Shown: positions 9,946 through 23,600, counted from the stretch's first letter. The stretch is DNA of 64,000 nucleotides from Parasitella parasitica NRRL 2501 (GCA_025201805.1 MU619336.1:58925-122924), one strand, 5' to 3'. Numbers and translations are program-made. The notes: a model not told the origin generated them from the sequence alone.

Positions 9946-11241
9946 TCTCTATATATACTGTACACTATTTTCAAAACTTATTCGCACAAGCTGAGAAAAA
10001 AATTGCCCACTTTTTGTTTTACTTTCTGCACACATCGTTTAAAGACTATTTTGAACTTAAAGATATGATATAGATAGCTTATTTTACAGCACGTTCTCTT
10101 CGTATTTTTTAAAAGTGTGCAAAAAAAAAAAATAGCGTGCAGAAATAAACCGAATAATTTCTGAAAATAGTGTATACATGTGTGGGTACCTCTATTGGTA
10201 TCATCATTGGTATGAGCTTGACCGAACCATAGGTTTTTATTAAAGTTATTTACTTGAGAGATCTAGTTGTATCTAGTAGCTCTTACGGTTTTAAAATTAA
10301 TTAATAAAATGAATAAATGTAATTATAAATTAGCTATCATACCCTTTGCTTCAGATTTGCATGTCTAGGTGCTAGATTAATACACTCAAGTGAATTAAAA
10401 AGTCAACTATTGCGGGAAATTCAATGCAAGAAACCATAAAAATACTTACTTTTAAAACCTATTCTGCTAAAATCTAGTAGCCAGACTTACTGTTTGGCCA
10501 TTTTTTTATTATCTTCCAGGATTTGCGAATAGTCTTACTATTTTTTTTCATCAATGTGTATAAAATTTTCTGGTTTTTAAATAGTATAGACGAATATAGT
10601 TAGAAAGATTTAGAAAAATAGTTACTTGATTAAAAAAACTCTTCATGCTCGCACTACACATTTTTAGCGCCTTTCGTCGTACAAGATAAAAAACACTGAT
10701 ACTTTCTTAAACGAGTTATTTTCGAACGTTACATTATCTCTGTGAACATTTTGTGGAATAGAGTCAAATTTCTGGTTCAACATATTAACATATTATTAAA
10801 CAGAACGAAGTGTTCAGCTTAAAAAATCGCCTTTTTTGGATTTCGAATCTCCTAATTTGGTTGATTCAAGCTATTTCTCCCGACTTTCAACATGATTTAC
10901 TCTGTTGAAAAAGCTTTTATTTCAAATCAAAATACACGACCATTTATTTCACGCTTTGTTGCATACGCACATATTTTTTTATAGTTTTCTAAAGCTTCTG
11001 TATATTTTTAATTAGTTTTTAAAATGAGATATACTTGATTTAACGCCGACTTTTCAAAAATCCGAAACTTGAATGGGAACTAAAAAACCAAACAAAGTAA
11101 TTATAAACTCTATTCCTCGTTGGATTTTAATTCTAAACGAGCTTTTATACACCCCCCCCCCGAACTACGGCGATATTTTTCGATCTTCGTTCTCATTGGG
11201 GGGGGTGCACAGTTCGCGCCTGCAGCGGGCTGTCCCACTTA
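9946..11241 (+). mobile_element. Candidate non-autonomous Helitron-like element
   Basis: Starts A|TCTCTATATATAC (Helitron-like 5' TC end); ends with a GC-rich imperfect hairpin GTTCGC-GCCTGCA-GCGGGC followed by TGTCCCACTTA (degenerate CTAG); non-coding interior; adjacent to a Pif1 relic. Confidence 0.35.
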
Positions 11242-11361
11242 ACACAATGTTAAATCAAACGAAATAAGAAACAATAAGTGGAAATAACATTTATGAATTG
11301 TATAAAGATATGATATATTATGATTATTTGGTATTTTTTTTGTTTAAATCCCCGAAGTTGG

Positions 11362-12185
11362 TTAATTCTGAAGAATCTCAGTGTAGACGACGTTTGATGT
11401 ATATTCTCCTTCTTGGCTTGGGGTTGATGATGATTCAGATGTCATCTGGCCTTTTAACTCGAGATATAGCAACGTATAATTGGCCATGCGAGAAAATTGA
11501 CACAGGAAGATACAGCCCTACAAAGTCCAGAGTTTGACCTTGCGATTTATTTATCGTCATGGCAAAAGCTGGTCTAACAGGGAACTGACAACGCTTAAAT
11601 TCTACGCCGACTTGCTCAACTATCGAGTTTAACGTAACTCTGGGTATGAGCACAACTTCAGCCTGGATAGTGTTCCTTGTGAATGCTCGACAAATAAGCC
11701 TTGTACCATTACAAACACCGTGAGCAGGATCGATGTTTCTGTGGGCTGAATAGGGAAGGAGCCATTGCCGATAGCAAGCAAAATTTTGTAATGACATGGC
11801 TTGTTGAACACTCGTGTTTGTTGTTAAGCTGAGTACTTGTACTTGCGGCCAAAGGTTTGAGGTCATCAGAATGCATGCTTGAATGATTTCTTCTTTACTG
11901 CCATGAGGAACAACAGGTAAAACTTGACGAAAATCGTCACCAAAATACAATATTTTTTCCTCCAAAGGGAACATCTGCCTGTCTTTCGTCTATTTGCTTC
12001 ATGGTATCTTTAAATGCCCTGTCTACTGTTTCAAGAACATCACGGCTGATCATCGATGCTTCATCCCAAAGAATAAGTCTTGCGCCAGGAGATCTGGGCC
12101 TCAAAGAACACACAGATGAATCATTGCATCTAAGAGGAATACTAAATCTTGAGTGAGCAGTACGGTCACCTTTTAAGCGCTGGAG
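11362..12185 (-). pseudogene. Helitron-type Pif1 helicase remnant, frameshifted and internally deleted
   Basis: RTAHSRFSIPL, ILWDEASMI, VPFGGK, DFRQVLPVV, GVCNGTRL, QFPVRPAFAMTINKSQGQTL, FSHGQLYVAISRV and TSNVVYTEIL, spread over different frames. Confidence 0.92.
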
Positions 12186-15100
12186 ACTATTTTTTGCGAT
12201 TTGTATCATTTTAATATGAGAGATGAGTAGATTTGAAACAACCTTGGTATTACTACCAATTAAGGTTAAATAGCTGCTGTACCTAGAACATTTTTATAGC
12301 GGGGGACTTTTCTTTTCTTCTTTGTTAATTCAAATGCACATTAAAACTATGTCAAAAGAACTTAAATAGCGAGGATATTCAATTATTATTATTAACAAAC
12401 ATACCTTTCCACAAGTTTTATCACGATTTTTTTATGTCAAATCCACAGTATTTCCAAGTAATTTTGATGATAAATGTAAAGCATTTTACAAGATCGCTAG
12501 ACGATTCAAATTGGATCGTAATTTCTCCGACATGGACTCTATTAGTCAATTTAGCAACCTCATTGAACTAGAAGCGCAAATACAGCACATCGCAAAAGCT
12601 AAAAAAAAATCATGTCGATTCGTGAAAGCGATATCCTTAAAATTAAAAAAGTCATTGGTTACTAATAAAGACTTGTTTGATTGGAAAGTTAATCATAATG
12701 CATTCAGTTTCATTAGGAAAAAAGTTATCATGAATATCAAATGTACTATTCCTCCAAGTACAATATGGGATTAGTGAGTATACAGTTCACTGTCTTTAAT
12801 GATGAAGTTTTCAAGATTGTATAAAGGAGGTGAGGTGATCAATTGAAACAGATGCTTACACTGGAATGTTTATATGAATTTTAACGATGATTCTTGACCT
12901 ACTCGACAACCCTGGTGACAACACTAGTATAAACACTGTCTTCATGAACGGCGAAACGCTGAATAAGTTCAGATTGCATTTCACCCGGCAACTCGAAATT
13001 ATCATCAGGGTCTTCAGTGCCTTCATGATGAATGAGACTGATAGTAACATCAGTGGTGCGAACAAAAATTTGAGGAAATTAGTTGCTTACAAAAGGAGTC
13101 TGATGACCACCTTCTTCAATTTACCTAATTTTTTGACACTTTTGAAGATCAAATTCCCCAGGAAAACGAAACTAGTTTGACAGGATATTTGAAATTAATT
13201 TGCCCAGCTTTCGAAAATAAATCTCCCGGTTTTTTACCAGCTCTGGTCAAAACAATTATTTTCCAGATTCATCCACAATCCTTCAATTACCTTCTGTGAA
13301 AAGATTTGTTACTTGATAAATAAAGAAAACTATTCATCGTCATCATAATCTTTACCATCATTTTCATCGTCTTCTTCTTCATCGTCTTCTTTTTCAAAAA
13401 TGGAATTTGCCATTCAAGCATTGTAGTTGTGCTTTTTCTTTTGATCGACTTTAGTTGAGACGTTTACGATGTCATTTTCGATACTGGAACTATTATTATA
13501 GTAATCTTACGTAGATCGCCCAACATTTCCCAAAAAAGAAAAAGTAATATTATATGATGCAAAATATTGGAGGTCTTGGCCATCATTAGAATTACAAAAA
13601 AAGGGACTCTTGAACTGACATTAGGCCTTATTACGAGTTACAGTGATAATAGGGCTTCTCTGTCACTAGCAATTAGCAATTTATGAATTATTCATAAATC
13701 ACACAAGGGGCCATTACAGCAAAATATTGTGTTCATTAATTACCTTCTTCTGCTTCCAGCTCGATGAGCCATACCTGTTTTATCATATTACTATGACGAA
13801 AGGTACACTTGTGGTATCAAAAATACTTACTTTATGGAGCTGTGTCATGTACTAAAAATATTCTTGACATGATATCATCTTCAGATAGATATTTTTACAG
13901 CTTAAAAGCAAGAACTATAGCCTTGTGTGCCATTTTTTGATTGTTTTTATAAACAAAAGTGCCCTGAAAACACCAGAAATAGTATCCATTGGGGAAAAAC
14001 TACATTATATATGATTTTGGCGCAATTTGAGCACGATTTTTTTTTCCAAGCAAAAAGAACGAATTTTTCAAATTTTTTCCTTGTATCCACGCATCCAAAA
14101 TCATTGATTATGCATTATCCTCGATTTTGACCTCAAAAATGCAGCTTTTTACTATAACATATATTGGAGGAAAATGATCGTTGTAGACCATTCCATGATC
14201 TGAAAGACTGGCAATGAGCTTTGATTAAGCAAAATGTTGATTTTTTCCTCTTAATCTGTTTTTGAGGTTTTTCGGCAGAACTCCTTCCATAAGCATACAG
14301 GAATTATGAAATGATACCATCTTGTAGAGCACCCAGAAATACAGCTATTATCATAGACTGATAGCCGGGGTATGCATAGTATCAGAGGATGATATCTTGC
14401 CTCAAAGAAGTAATTTTGGTTTCTAATTGTCCAAATGGAGTTTTTGAAAGAAGTTTTCCTTCCTAATTTTGGATGCGTTTAATCTCCGCTATCAAAGAAA
14501 AAATCGTGTTTTCTTTTGAAGAAAGCATTAGCTTTGAGAAGCAATAGCTTATCCAATTCAATAGAAAAACAATTTTAACCTATCTTTTTCAAATGCTGCG
14601 CTTCTTGGCTTTCTAATGGTAGTACTCGCACGTCTGTAACTGGCTTGACAATCTCACGCTCCGATTTTGAAAAATACTTTTCCGAAAAAGTCCAAAAAGT
14701 CGTTGCGTTTAACTGATGACAACTTAAAAAGTACAAAAAATTGCTCCAAACTATGCGAATATGTAATCAAAAGATGTCTTATAGTCTAATGCACTACTTT
14801 GAATTACTTGTTTTTGTGTTTGAGATCTTTAAACACTGTTTTCTTACAGTTCTCGTCTTTTTTCTGACAATAACACACTAAAGTTTCCGGCGCCTAAAAT
14901 CTACGCTGGGTTTGCAGACACACACTTTTGAACCATTCCAATATTACAGAAAAGACGGCACAGGTTTAAATAGCTGTTCTACTGCGCAACTGGATATAGA
15001 GAGCCCAGATTGGTGCTTGTTTGGCAAGACCTCCTGATCTAAAAGACACCAGATCTACTGAAGGTATAAGAAAGTGCCGGAGAAAAGGAAACAATTTGCC

Positions 15101-16419
15101 ACCAGGATAACACACCCATTCATAAAAAATTATATGCATAGAAATTTATGAAATCCCAAGGACATGAATGTGTTAATCCTCAACGTTGCTCTCCATTCCT
15201 GAATCTAAGTAAAGGTTTTTGATCCAAAGTCAACAGACACACTTACACCCTGAATTACAGATGTTATCAATAGACAACTACAAATTTTTTTAAAGAATAC
15301 CTTGAACTTAAAGATATGATGTAGATAGCTTCACAACAGGTTCTCTTTGTATTTTCACTATGAATGAAACAAAGCAATCACTCCTCTTCTCTCAGAAACT
15401 TAGCTTTTATCAAAAATTAAGGTTTGTTACCAGAAACCCTGATATATACTATCACAATCACCATGACCTTTATCATTTACTCTCAATTTTTTTTTCACAC
15501 ACTGTAAAATGACATATTATATGCAAAAGCAATGATTATATTAGCCATCAGAGATCATTTTTATCAATTGAAAATTACCTTTTTAAACTGAGTAGCTATT
15601 TTTTTGAGGTTCTACCCACCATTTATCTTGATTAATGATTTTTTTTTTCGAGCTCAAGACGATATTGTTTTTCAGCAAACTATAAAATGCAAATAATTGA
15701 TACAACAGTAGAGCCTAGTGTATACTAATAAATACCCAGCAAAGTATCGGTTCTTATGAAATGTGCCGCCTTTCTTCTGCTTTTTTCTTTGTTGCTACAT
15801 AATAAAAAAAGATCAGAACGTAGGTTGATTTTTGCATTTAGAAATATGGGTATACCTCATTTACTTCTATCTAATTGATATAATAAAGCAGATTGCTCGG
15901 TAAAAAAATTTTTTTTTGTCCTATAGTTTCTTTAGACACGCTTACTTCTTTTCTGAGCTTTTTTAAACCTGCTTTTCAATTGTATTCTTGTATAAGGTTT
16001 TTTCTACTGCTAAGGACGCAGGAGACTCAATAAGGGCAGAATGTCTTCTTTTTGTCATGTCTGTATGACAAAAAAAGAGAAGCGATGCTCTGCGGTGCTG
16101 TTTGGAATTCCTTGCAGTAAACAGATCAATTCCCGAGACTAATTCAACTGTTTTGCTGTTGTTTAAGTGTAAATTACGTCGAATAACTAAAATGGTATGG
16201 CATCTCAGGCGATAGAATAGCAATTGAGTACATTGGACAGAATTTAAACGTAAGAAAGTCCGAATTACTTCAAATATACAGCACAATCCTATATACGTAT
16301 ATATCCAAACGAGACGTTCTCAGTTTTCAACGTCAGATTCAGGAATATGGTATCTATTGGCTCAAACTTTGATCACGTGCAGATGATCAATCAGCACCAT
16401 CACAAAATTAATTTACACT

Positions 16420-18364
16420 TGCAACAGAATGGAGGCCTTGGTGGTTGGCCCGAAGTGTGGAACGTCCGTTGCCAAACGGATGGTTAACAGTTCGGATCCT
16501 GGTGTGGTCAGTTTGGTTTTGATATTTGATGTAGTACTGATATCCTGATTTTGTGTGTTTGTTCTCCTACTCCACTTCTTTCCTATGACGTTTTGCATGC
16601 TGGTTCATGTCTTCTTCCACAATTAAACAGACCTCTACCTTGGTCATACACCCTAAAGCCTCGGGTACCAAATCACTTGCCCCCCCCCCCCCCACCGCTC
16701 ATGGTCTCATGTAGCCGCGGGGAAAATCCTGTCTTGTCACAATTCTCAGCAAACAGTTGCCAACGGATCCAAACCTACATCGTCGAAGCCTAAAAGTGGC
16801 CTAGCACCCCGCTCTTCGACCCAGGATTCCAAGTATGCCACTCGAAAAAGCGATATATTTTTTGATGTCATTACTCCCTACATCGTCCCCAAGGAATCCA
16901 ACAGTACCTTGATCGAAATTATTGATGTTGCAAATACATCTGCTTTGAAAAAATTTCTCGGTTGAGGAAAAGTTTCCTTTTTATGGCGCTTTATTGAAAG
17001 TGCGCAAATACTTGCAACATACCTTCATCGAAACCTGCTGGGAGCGCAGGGTGGACTATCCATTATTGATGTTACTGTACAACAACACATCTTACAACAA
17101 CGCTATGTTCGTGCCCTGCTTTTAGATAATCAGGTTAATCAACCGATTCCTTCTTTCCTACTAGAGACATTATCCACGTTTATTCAAGTGACCTACGGGA
17201 CTCCTTACCCTCAGCTGCCAATTTTGTTTCGAAACTATCGTTTGGGTTCTCGTCTATCCGGCCTACACTGCTTGCTTCCTCTCTTTCGGTCCGTCGATGC
17301 CTTCTTCGTTGAAGAATCTTGGGATACATGTCAAATATCAATGGACACGCTGCTACATCTACCGCTGACTTCACTTTGCCACCAGGACACTACAGACCCC
17401 AGTATTACTCATCATAATCTGATCCGTAGAAAACAGGTACAAGCGTTTTTCGAATCAATTTGCCTTCGGGAGTCTGTCCTTTTTACGCCAAAAGTCAACT
17501 GCCCTCACCCTGTACTCCTTAGGAAGCTTAAGCAGGCCGTAAGCTCAGCTGCTCTAACCTTTACACCAATGCTCCACATATGTTTATCTCCTCCGTCTGG
17601 ACCTGCTCTCCCGGCTTCATCTGCGGGTGGCGTCGATTTTACTCCTTACCTTTCTCACAAGCTTAACTACCAAAGTATAGCGGTCTTGTCCATGACTAAT
17701 GCTCAGCTTCGTGCGATGTATATGCGAGATCACCCCCCAATTGCCCGACCACACGTTGACTTGAATCGATTCACAATGGCCTCTTTTCTTCACACCAAAA
17801 TGCCTAGTGCAGCTCGTAAATTATAGTTTCGTCTGATCCACAACAAAGTCTCTTCCAAAGCCAACATAGTCAATATTCTTCGTTTGACTGATGAAATGTG
17901 TGTCTACTGCGGTATGCGGGAGACTACTTGTCATATGCTCTTTACTTGCCCTACTCATTATGAAATCTGGTGGAATTACTTTTCCTTGGTATTCGTACCC
18001 TCTGCACCCCTCAATATGGCCAAAGTATACGAAGACGTAATGTCGTTAAATTGGTCCACATATCGTCTCTTAGACTTTAACTTGCGCATGTCTACCTTTG
18101 AAGCCTTTACATGCGTGATCACAGCCATCTGGCGGGCCAAATGGCTTAACTTCTTTGAAACAGTTGATTTTGACAACCAATCCGTTGTGGACCGTGCCAT
18201 GATCAACCTGAGACAATTGTCGTCTTTAAATTATTGTAGATAGTTTTTGAACATCCTCGAGACGGGTCACTTATCCCTACACCCGCTCTCTTTTTTTATT
18301 ATAGTCATATTACCTTTCTAATATTTCTCTTTTTATGAATTTCTTATCTTTTAGCTTCATACTT

Positions 18365-18407
<43 letters not shown>
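16420..18407 (+). mobile_element. Defective non-LTR retrotransposon (L1/Tx1-like LINE) with poly(A) tail
   Basis: Post-RT motif GGLSIIDVTVQQHILQQRYVRAL at ~17050; ARKL*FRLIHNK (TAG at 17824 where W is expected); zinc finger CVYCGMRETTCHMLFTCP and AIWRAKW; pyrimidine-rich 3' UTR and A41 tail at 18367-18407. The 5' boundary is approximate. Confidence 0.88.
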
Positions 18408-18412
<5 letters not shown>

Positions 18413-20255
18413 GGGCATTATGCTTATACACGAAAGAAATGTTTATCTTCAGACGCAAATCTATTGAATGTTGACTAACAATGAAAGTCTACTTCATTAT
18501 TTTTGGACATGGGCCACTTCAATTTCTTTGTTATCTTCTACCAAGAAAATTGGTTCCATGCCAAGATCGAACGCCCTTACTACTTTTGTTATCAAATAAT
18601 ACTTCGCTTTTTTTCAAAGGTAAGAGATAATAAACCTATTTAGCAGGCAAACTTTTAATTTTTCAGAAAGGATTTCATAGTAAATATTTTCCCAGTATTT
18701 CGTTTTTACTAAGCGTGCGACATATTAAATTGTTGTAACTGCTACTGCTATAAATGTATTTGAAAAACTTTCCTTGTCCATCCCTAACACGGATAGTTTT
18801 TCAAGCTGGCAGACTAGGGCCTGTTCTTCGCAATTGTTGAAGGCATTTATAAACAAGCGGTAGAAGCGGTTAATTTAATCCAAAATATGAACAGATAGCA
18901 TAATTCCGGATGGGCTTTATGTGAACGAGGCTAGCTCCTTTGTCCACTCCGCTCGCCTCAGTGGGTCTGTTCTAGTTAAATCTTGGAAAGAATTGGCAAA
19001 CAAATCATTTATTATGAAAATATATTAAATCCAGTCAAGGCTTCCACTTGAGATTGCATAAATTTGAGGGTTCCAGGATAGATATTTGCATACAGTTGCT
19101 TCAAATTTAATTATAATCGAGATAAAATTAGATAAGATGCACTGTTTATTCCAATGAATTATGGCATATATCACGCACTTTATTCTTGTTCTCGACGTAA
19201 TTCGGGAGTTGCAGCCCTAGCTCTACACCTAAACGATACTGTTACGTATTATTTTCGTTTCTTTTTTTAAATTAATAAATGAAAAACGAAAGTGCAGGCT
19301 ATCTGATACTTAATCACGAGTAAAATTTTCAATTACCTTCAAAAGTTGCAGTGCAAATCTTTTTTTTTGGAAGGTAGGGAGGGGGGGGAGGGATACGGCC
19401 AAAGGAGTCATGGATGGGTTGCTACAGCCGTTTTTGTCTTAGTCTTCGTCAACTGACGCATTTCCGTACGGAACCCTTATAATACGAGTTACCCAAACAG
19501 TTTCTTCGACCAAAAGTTATGTCAAGAGCAAGAACCTAAAAGGCCAATTAGGTTTTTTCTTTAAAATGACGGCAAAAGACTGGAACTTTTGTAACTACCT
19601 ACATGGCCTATCTTTCAAAGCTTTAGCAGCACATTATCATGACCAAAGAAAAAACCTCAATGACTGAATTTCCTTCCTCTTGGTAATCTTTTAAGGTTTA
19701 ACACGCATCATATCTCTTTAATTATAAAGGGTGTTCTTCCCTGAAATGTACAGATATGGAGAATGATCTATCCAGAGGCAATCAATTCGGTTGATCGTCC
19801 TCATGAAAAGTACATTTGAAACTGAGCAAATGTTTGTATGCATACATATTTCTATAGATTAAATTAAAATATTGACTTAAAATGTCCAAGATATCGCCGT
19901 TACGTCTAATAGCGGGCAGGGCTGCTGATTTATTATGACTATTTCCACGACAACAACTGATCAATGCACATTATACGACAAAATTTCAGTACGACGATTG
20001 TTTTTATTTTGAAAAAAGTATAGGGATGTAGGAATATACAGAAAAAAAAAGAGGCGGGAATTAAGAAAAAAAAACTATGTAATAATGAGTGTAAGGGAAT
20101 AAGATATAATATACAAGACAGGAAGTACAAGCTTATTCAAAATAAAAGAAAAAAGAACAAGGTTAGTAGTTTGTGTGCATCGAAATGCACCTCTCTTTTT
20201 GGGTTGGATTGTTATTTTTCTGTGTGATGTACAAATAAAGGAATATTGAATCGCC

Positions 20256-20666
20256 TTAGCGAGCAGCTTGTATGGTGAACTTGGGAGAAGCATTGCCAGA
20301 ATTGCCCATCAAAACGATAATATACGAAGTCTTGGTTTCGAGATCAGCGGGTAGAGTAATGGTTTGAGAGCCAGCATTCAAAGCGAAGCCCTTGGCAAGA
20401 TCACCGAATTTGAGGTGTTCGTTGTAAGGATCATTCTTCTCAAGGTAACCCAACTTAATTGTACCCTTGTACTCACTGGGAATAGGAACTTGGTTACCAT
20501 TACCATCGTTATAGGTAGTCTCCCACTTTACAACATAAGTTTGACCGGCCCTCCATTTAGTGCCTGAATTAGGAGTGGTAATCTTGGGATTGATAACAAG
20601 AGCACTTGCCAATGATAAGAGAAAAGCAAAGACGAATAGAACGGTGGCTGCAGTTTTGTTGAGCAT
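20256..20666 (-). CDS. Small secreted protein with Kre9/Knh1-like N-terminal Ig-like domain
   Basis: Signal peptide MLNKTAATVLFVFAFLLSLASA, then ITTPNSGTKWRAGQTYVVKW...SPKFTI; single exon. Confidence 0.85.
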   Translation of the reverse strand: MLNKTAATVLFVFAFLLSLASALVINPKITTPNSGTKWRAGQTYVVKWETTYNDGNGNQVPIPSEYKGTIKLGYLEKNDPYNEHLKFGDLAKGFALNAGSQTITLPADLETKTSYIIVLMGNSGNASPKFTIQAAR

Positions 20667-23600
20667 TGTAGTTAAAGTTGTGATTATTAAAGTCAATGAA
20701 GATAAAAATGAAAAGATGCGGTAAATTTTTGTTGGTATTTATACGTGAACGAAAAAGGTACGTGCATGAATAAACATGGCAAAATCCTTTAACCCATAAA
20801 ATGATGATGATGATTTGAAACACTGCATATTTTATCAGTCAGTCGTAAAACCTTAAATTTATTTTAACCATTTGGTTCACTGCTGCTAAATTTAAAAAAC
20901 AACGCCTTACTCAATATGCATTTTCTTTTAATTCTTCGTTGTTGATAGTGGATCAGTTCAGTACTCTGGTCAAGCTTTTTAGGTCAGTAATGTTAATAAA
21001 TAAAAAATACAAAAAAAAAAGAAAAACAATAAAGAACATTTTCTGGGGCTACGATGAATTAAAGGGTTGCATAAATTTTAAGTGATAAAGTCGCTGGGTA
21101 AGCTGAACAATTCTTGCGTTTTTCTTGTAATCTAGATTTAGAATCCCATCCCTTGTATCTGCTGGAGTTTTGGTAAACGTCCTTCAGCCCAGAAATAAAC
21201 ATTGAGAAAAATATATTGATCAAGAAACTACATCAACAACAAGCCCAAACGAGGCTGATATAACAGCCGACACGTACTGTGCTAGTTTTTGAAACCTTTA
21301 TCCCGTCCTTAACTGACTAAGGGGAGAAATTCACAGGGTGTATCTTTTATATCACCAATAAAATGGCTCAAAAACGCTTTTGCTCACTGACTAACCACTC
21401 ATTAATAAAGTCTCCTAAATGAAATAGCACGCATATTATTTTGCTATTGCTATTATAGCTCTCATTTCCCCCACCCCTTTATGTTTAAAATACAATAGTT
21501 ATTAAAATATATCGCCACTATTTGCCATCATTTCCTTCTGCATTATTAAACATAAATGGAATATTCAAATGATCAAATGGCTAAACCTTGTGGCATGCAT
21601 CTGGGATTCATGCAAAACGAGACTGTACCCAAAAATTGAACTTTTTGACATCTGGTAACCATGAAACAACATGGCCTATTTATTAAAGGAGCTTTCCATC
21701 ATACGAAATCGCATATTGAAGGCATGATTGTTCGATTATAACGAGACGCGTCAAATTAAATGTATTCGACCAGCATACATGATGTAGAATGACCTACTCA
21801 TGTTGCACACACATACACATACACACGCGCACAATTCTCCAACGAGTTTATATCCCTACCTTCTTTCATTACATCATAACATTTAATATATTATGTCCAC
21901 GCCATAAAAGTTTCTACTGTTAGTTCCAATACATAATAGAAAGATGTCGGTCAAGATCTTCAATTTTGAGCGAGTGCTACTGCTGAAAATGCTCTAAAAA
22001 AAGGATTTATTTATCTGTGTGGGCTGAAATTAAGTCCATATTCAATAATGTTGTCAAAACGAACAAAGTATTACAAGAGTTTTCAATTGCTATTCTGTTT
22101 CATGATGCTTAGTACTTAGTGCTTAGCGCTTAGGCTGTAAAGAGCCACAATCTAGAATATTATGAATCGTTACGGTACTGAGTTTAGTCGAATAAATCGA
22201 CAAATAGGTGATTAGTGCCAATAAAACTAATTGGACTATAAATCATGCCATTATACGATAAAGATTTCATAGCCGATTTTGCTTGGCAACAATAAGTAGT
22301 TTTTTGCTTTAACAACACTTGCTTAGAATTGATCATGGGAGCAAAAGTTACCGTATGACAAGATGTATGCCAAATACAGCCATTGAGATTGGATCTAGTC
22401 TTTTCAAAAACGATTATTCTTGTATCAAAGCAAACAATATAGAGATGTATCCATGCTATATCAAGTTTAATATTTTTGCTTATACATAAGCAAGCTTTAT
22501 TGTGTAGCCTGAATGGATCACTATCGGCTATGCACATGTATTTGTATCCAGGCCAAGATCAGATGACTACGAGAGTTTTATCGCTCAACTCTAGATCAAT
22601 ATATCGTTACACAGAATTTGATATTTTTTTCTCTATAATACAGTGCATTAGCAAATATTCATTTTGACAAGCTAGCGATATACCAGTAGATACGATCTCA
22701 CTTTTACGTTAGTATGTATATTCGAGTCAAGAAACCAATTCAAAATATAATGTAATTACCCGCATCTTGTGTATTTCGACTAAAAAATCAGTTTTGAATG
22801 CACAAATAATTATGCGGGATTAGTATAGTATTAGGCCTATTCTTTTTAACAAGAAATTTCCAAAAAAAAATATATCAAAAAGTTGTTCTGATGCACAAAT
22901 ATGTATCATGATCCAATGTCGCATTGTCACCCTAATATGCATGTACAAATGTATTAAAACAAAACTTTTAATAGTATTTGGCTGTTTATTTTGAATATTG
23001 GGTGAGAGATGTAATTATTATGGAGATTATAACAAGACATATTAGATGGATAGTCGTAACCAGTGGATCCTGTGGTTAATAAACCATTGCGGTATAACAT
23101 CAAATTCTTTCTATGATGCATTGATGTCTTGTCTGCATTTAATTTATACGTTTACTTAATATCTAACATATAGTTGTTGCACTTGCACAATACATCAGGC
23201 ACTACTTGCACGATTGACTTTTCAAGGGTTTTATTATCGAGGTAAATCGGCGTCATTATATACAAATATTATCATTTGCTTAACTTTTTGAATCCAAAGA
23301 CCTATTGAAAAGTTATAAACTTTGTATAATGCAGGCTATAGCAGCCTTGTTGCAGCAACAATAAAATAGAAACCGCTGCGATCAAGTAAACCTTCATGCC
23401 TTGCCATTTATGGTGGAAGTTATCAATAATCTAATAAATCAAGTGTTGTTTTTGGCCCGAGAAAATGTGATGAACCTACAAAAACTTTTTTAGGTAACCA
23501 TCGATATATAGGTCGTCTAGTGAAAATAAAGTTTGTATCAATAGCCCTGATCATGGCTGTATCAGACAATAACACATAGTCTGTGTTGTTTTTTATGGCA

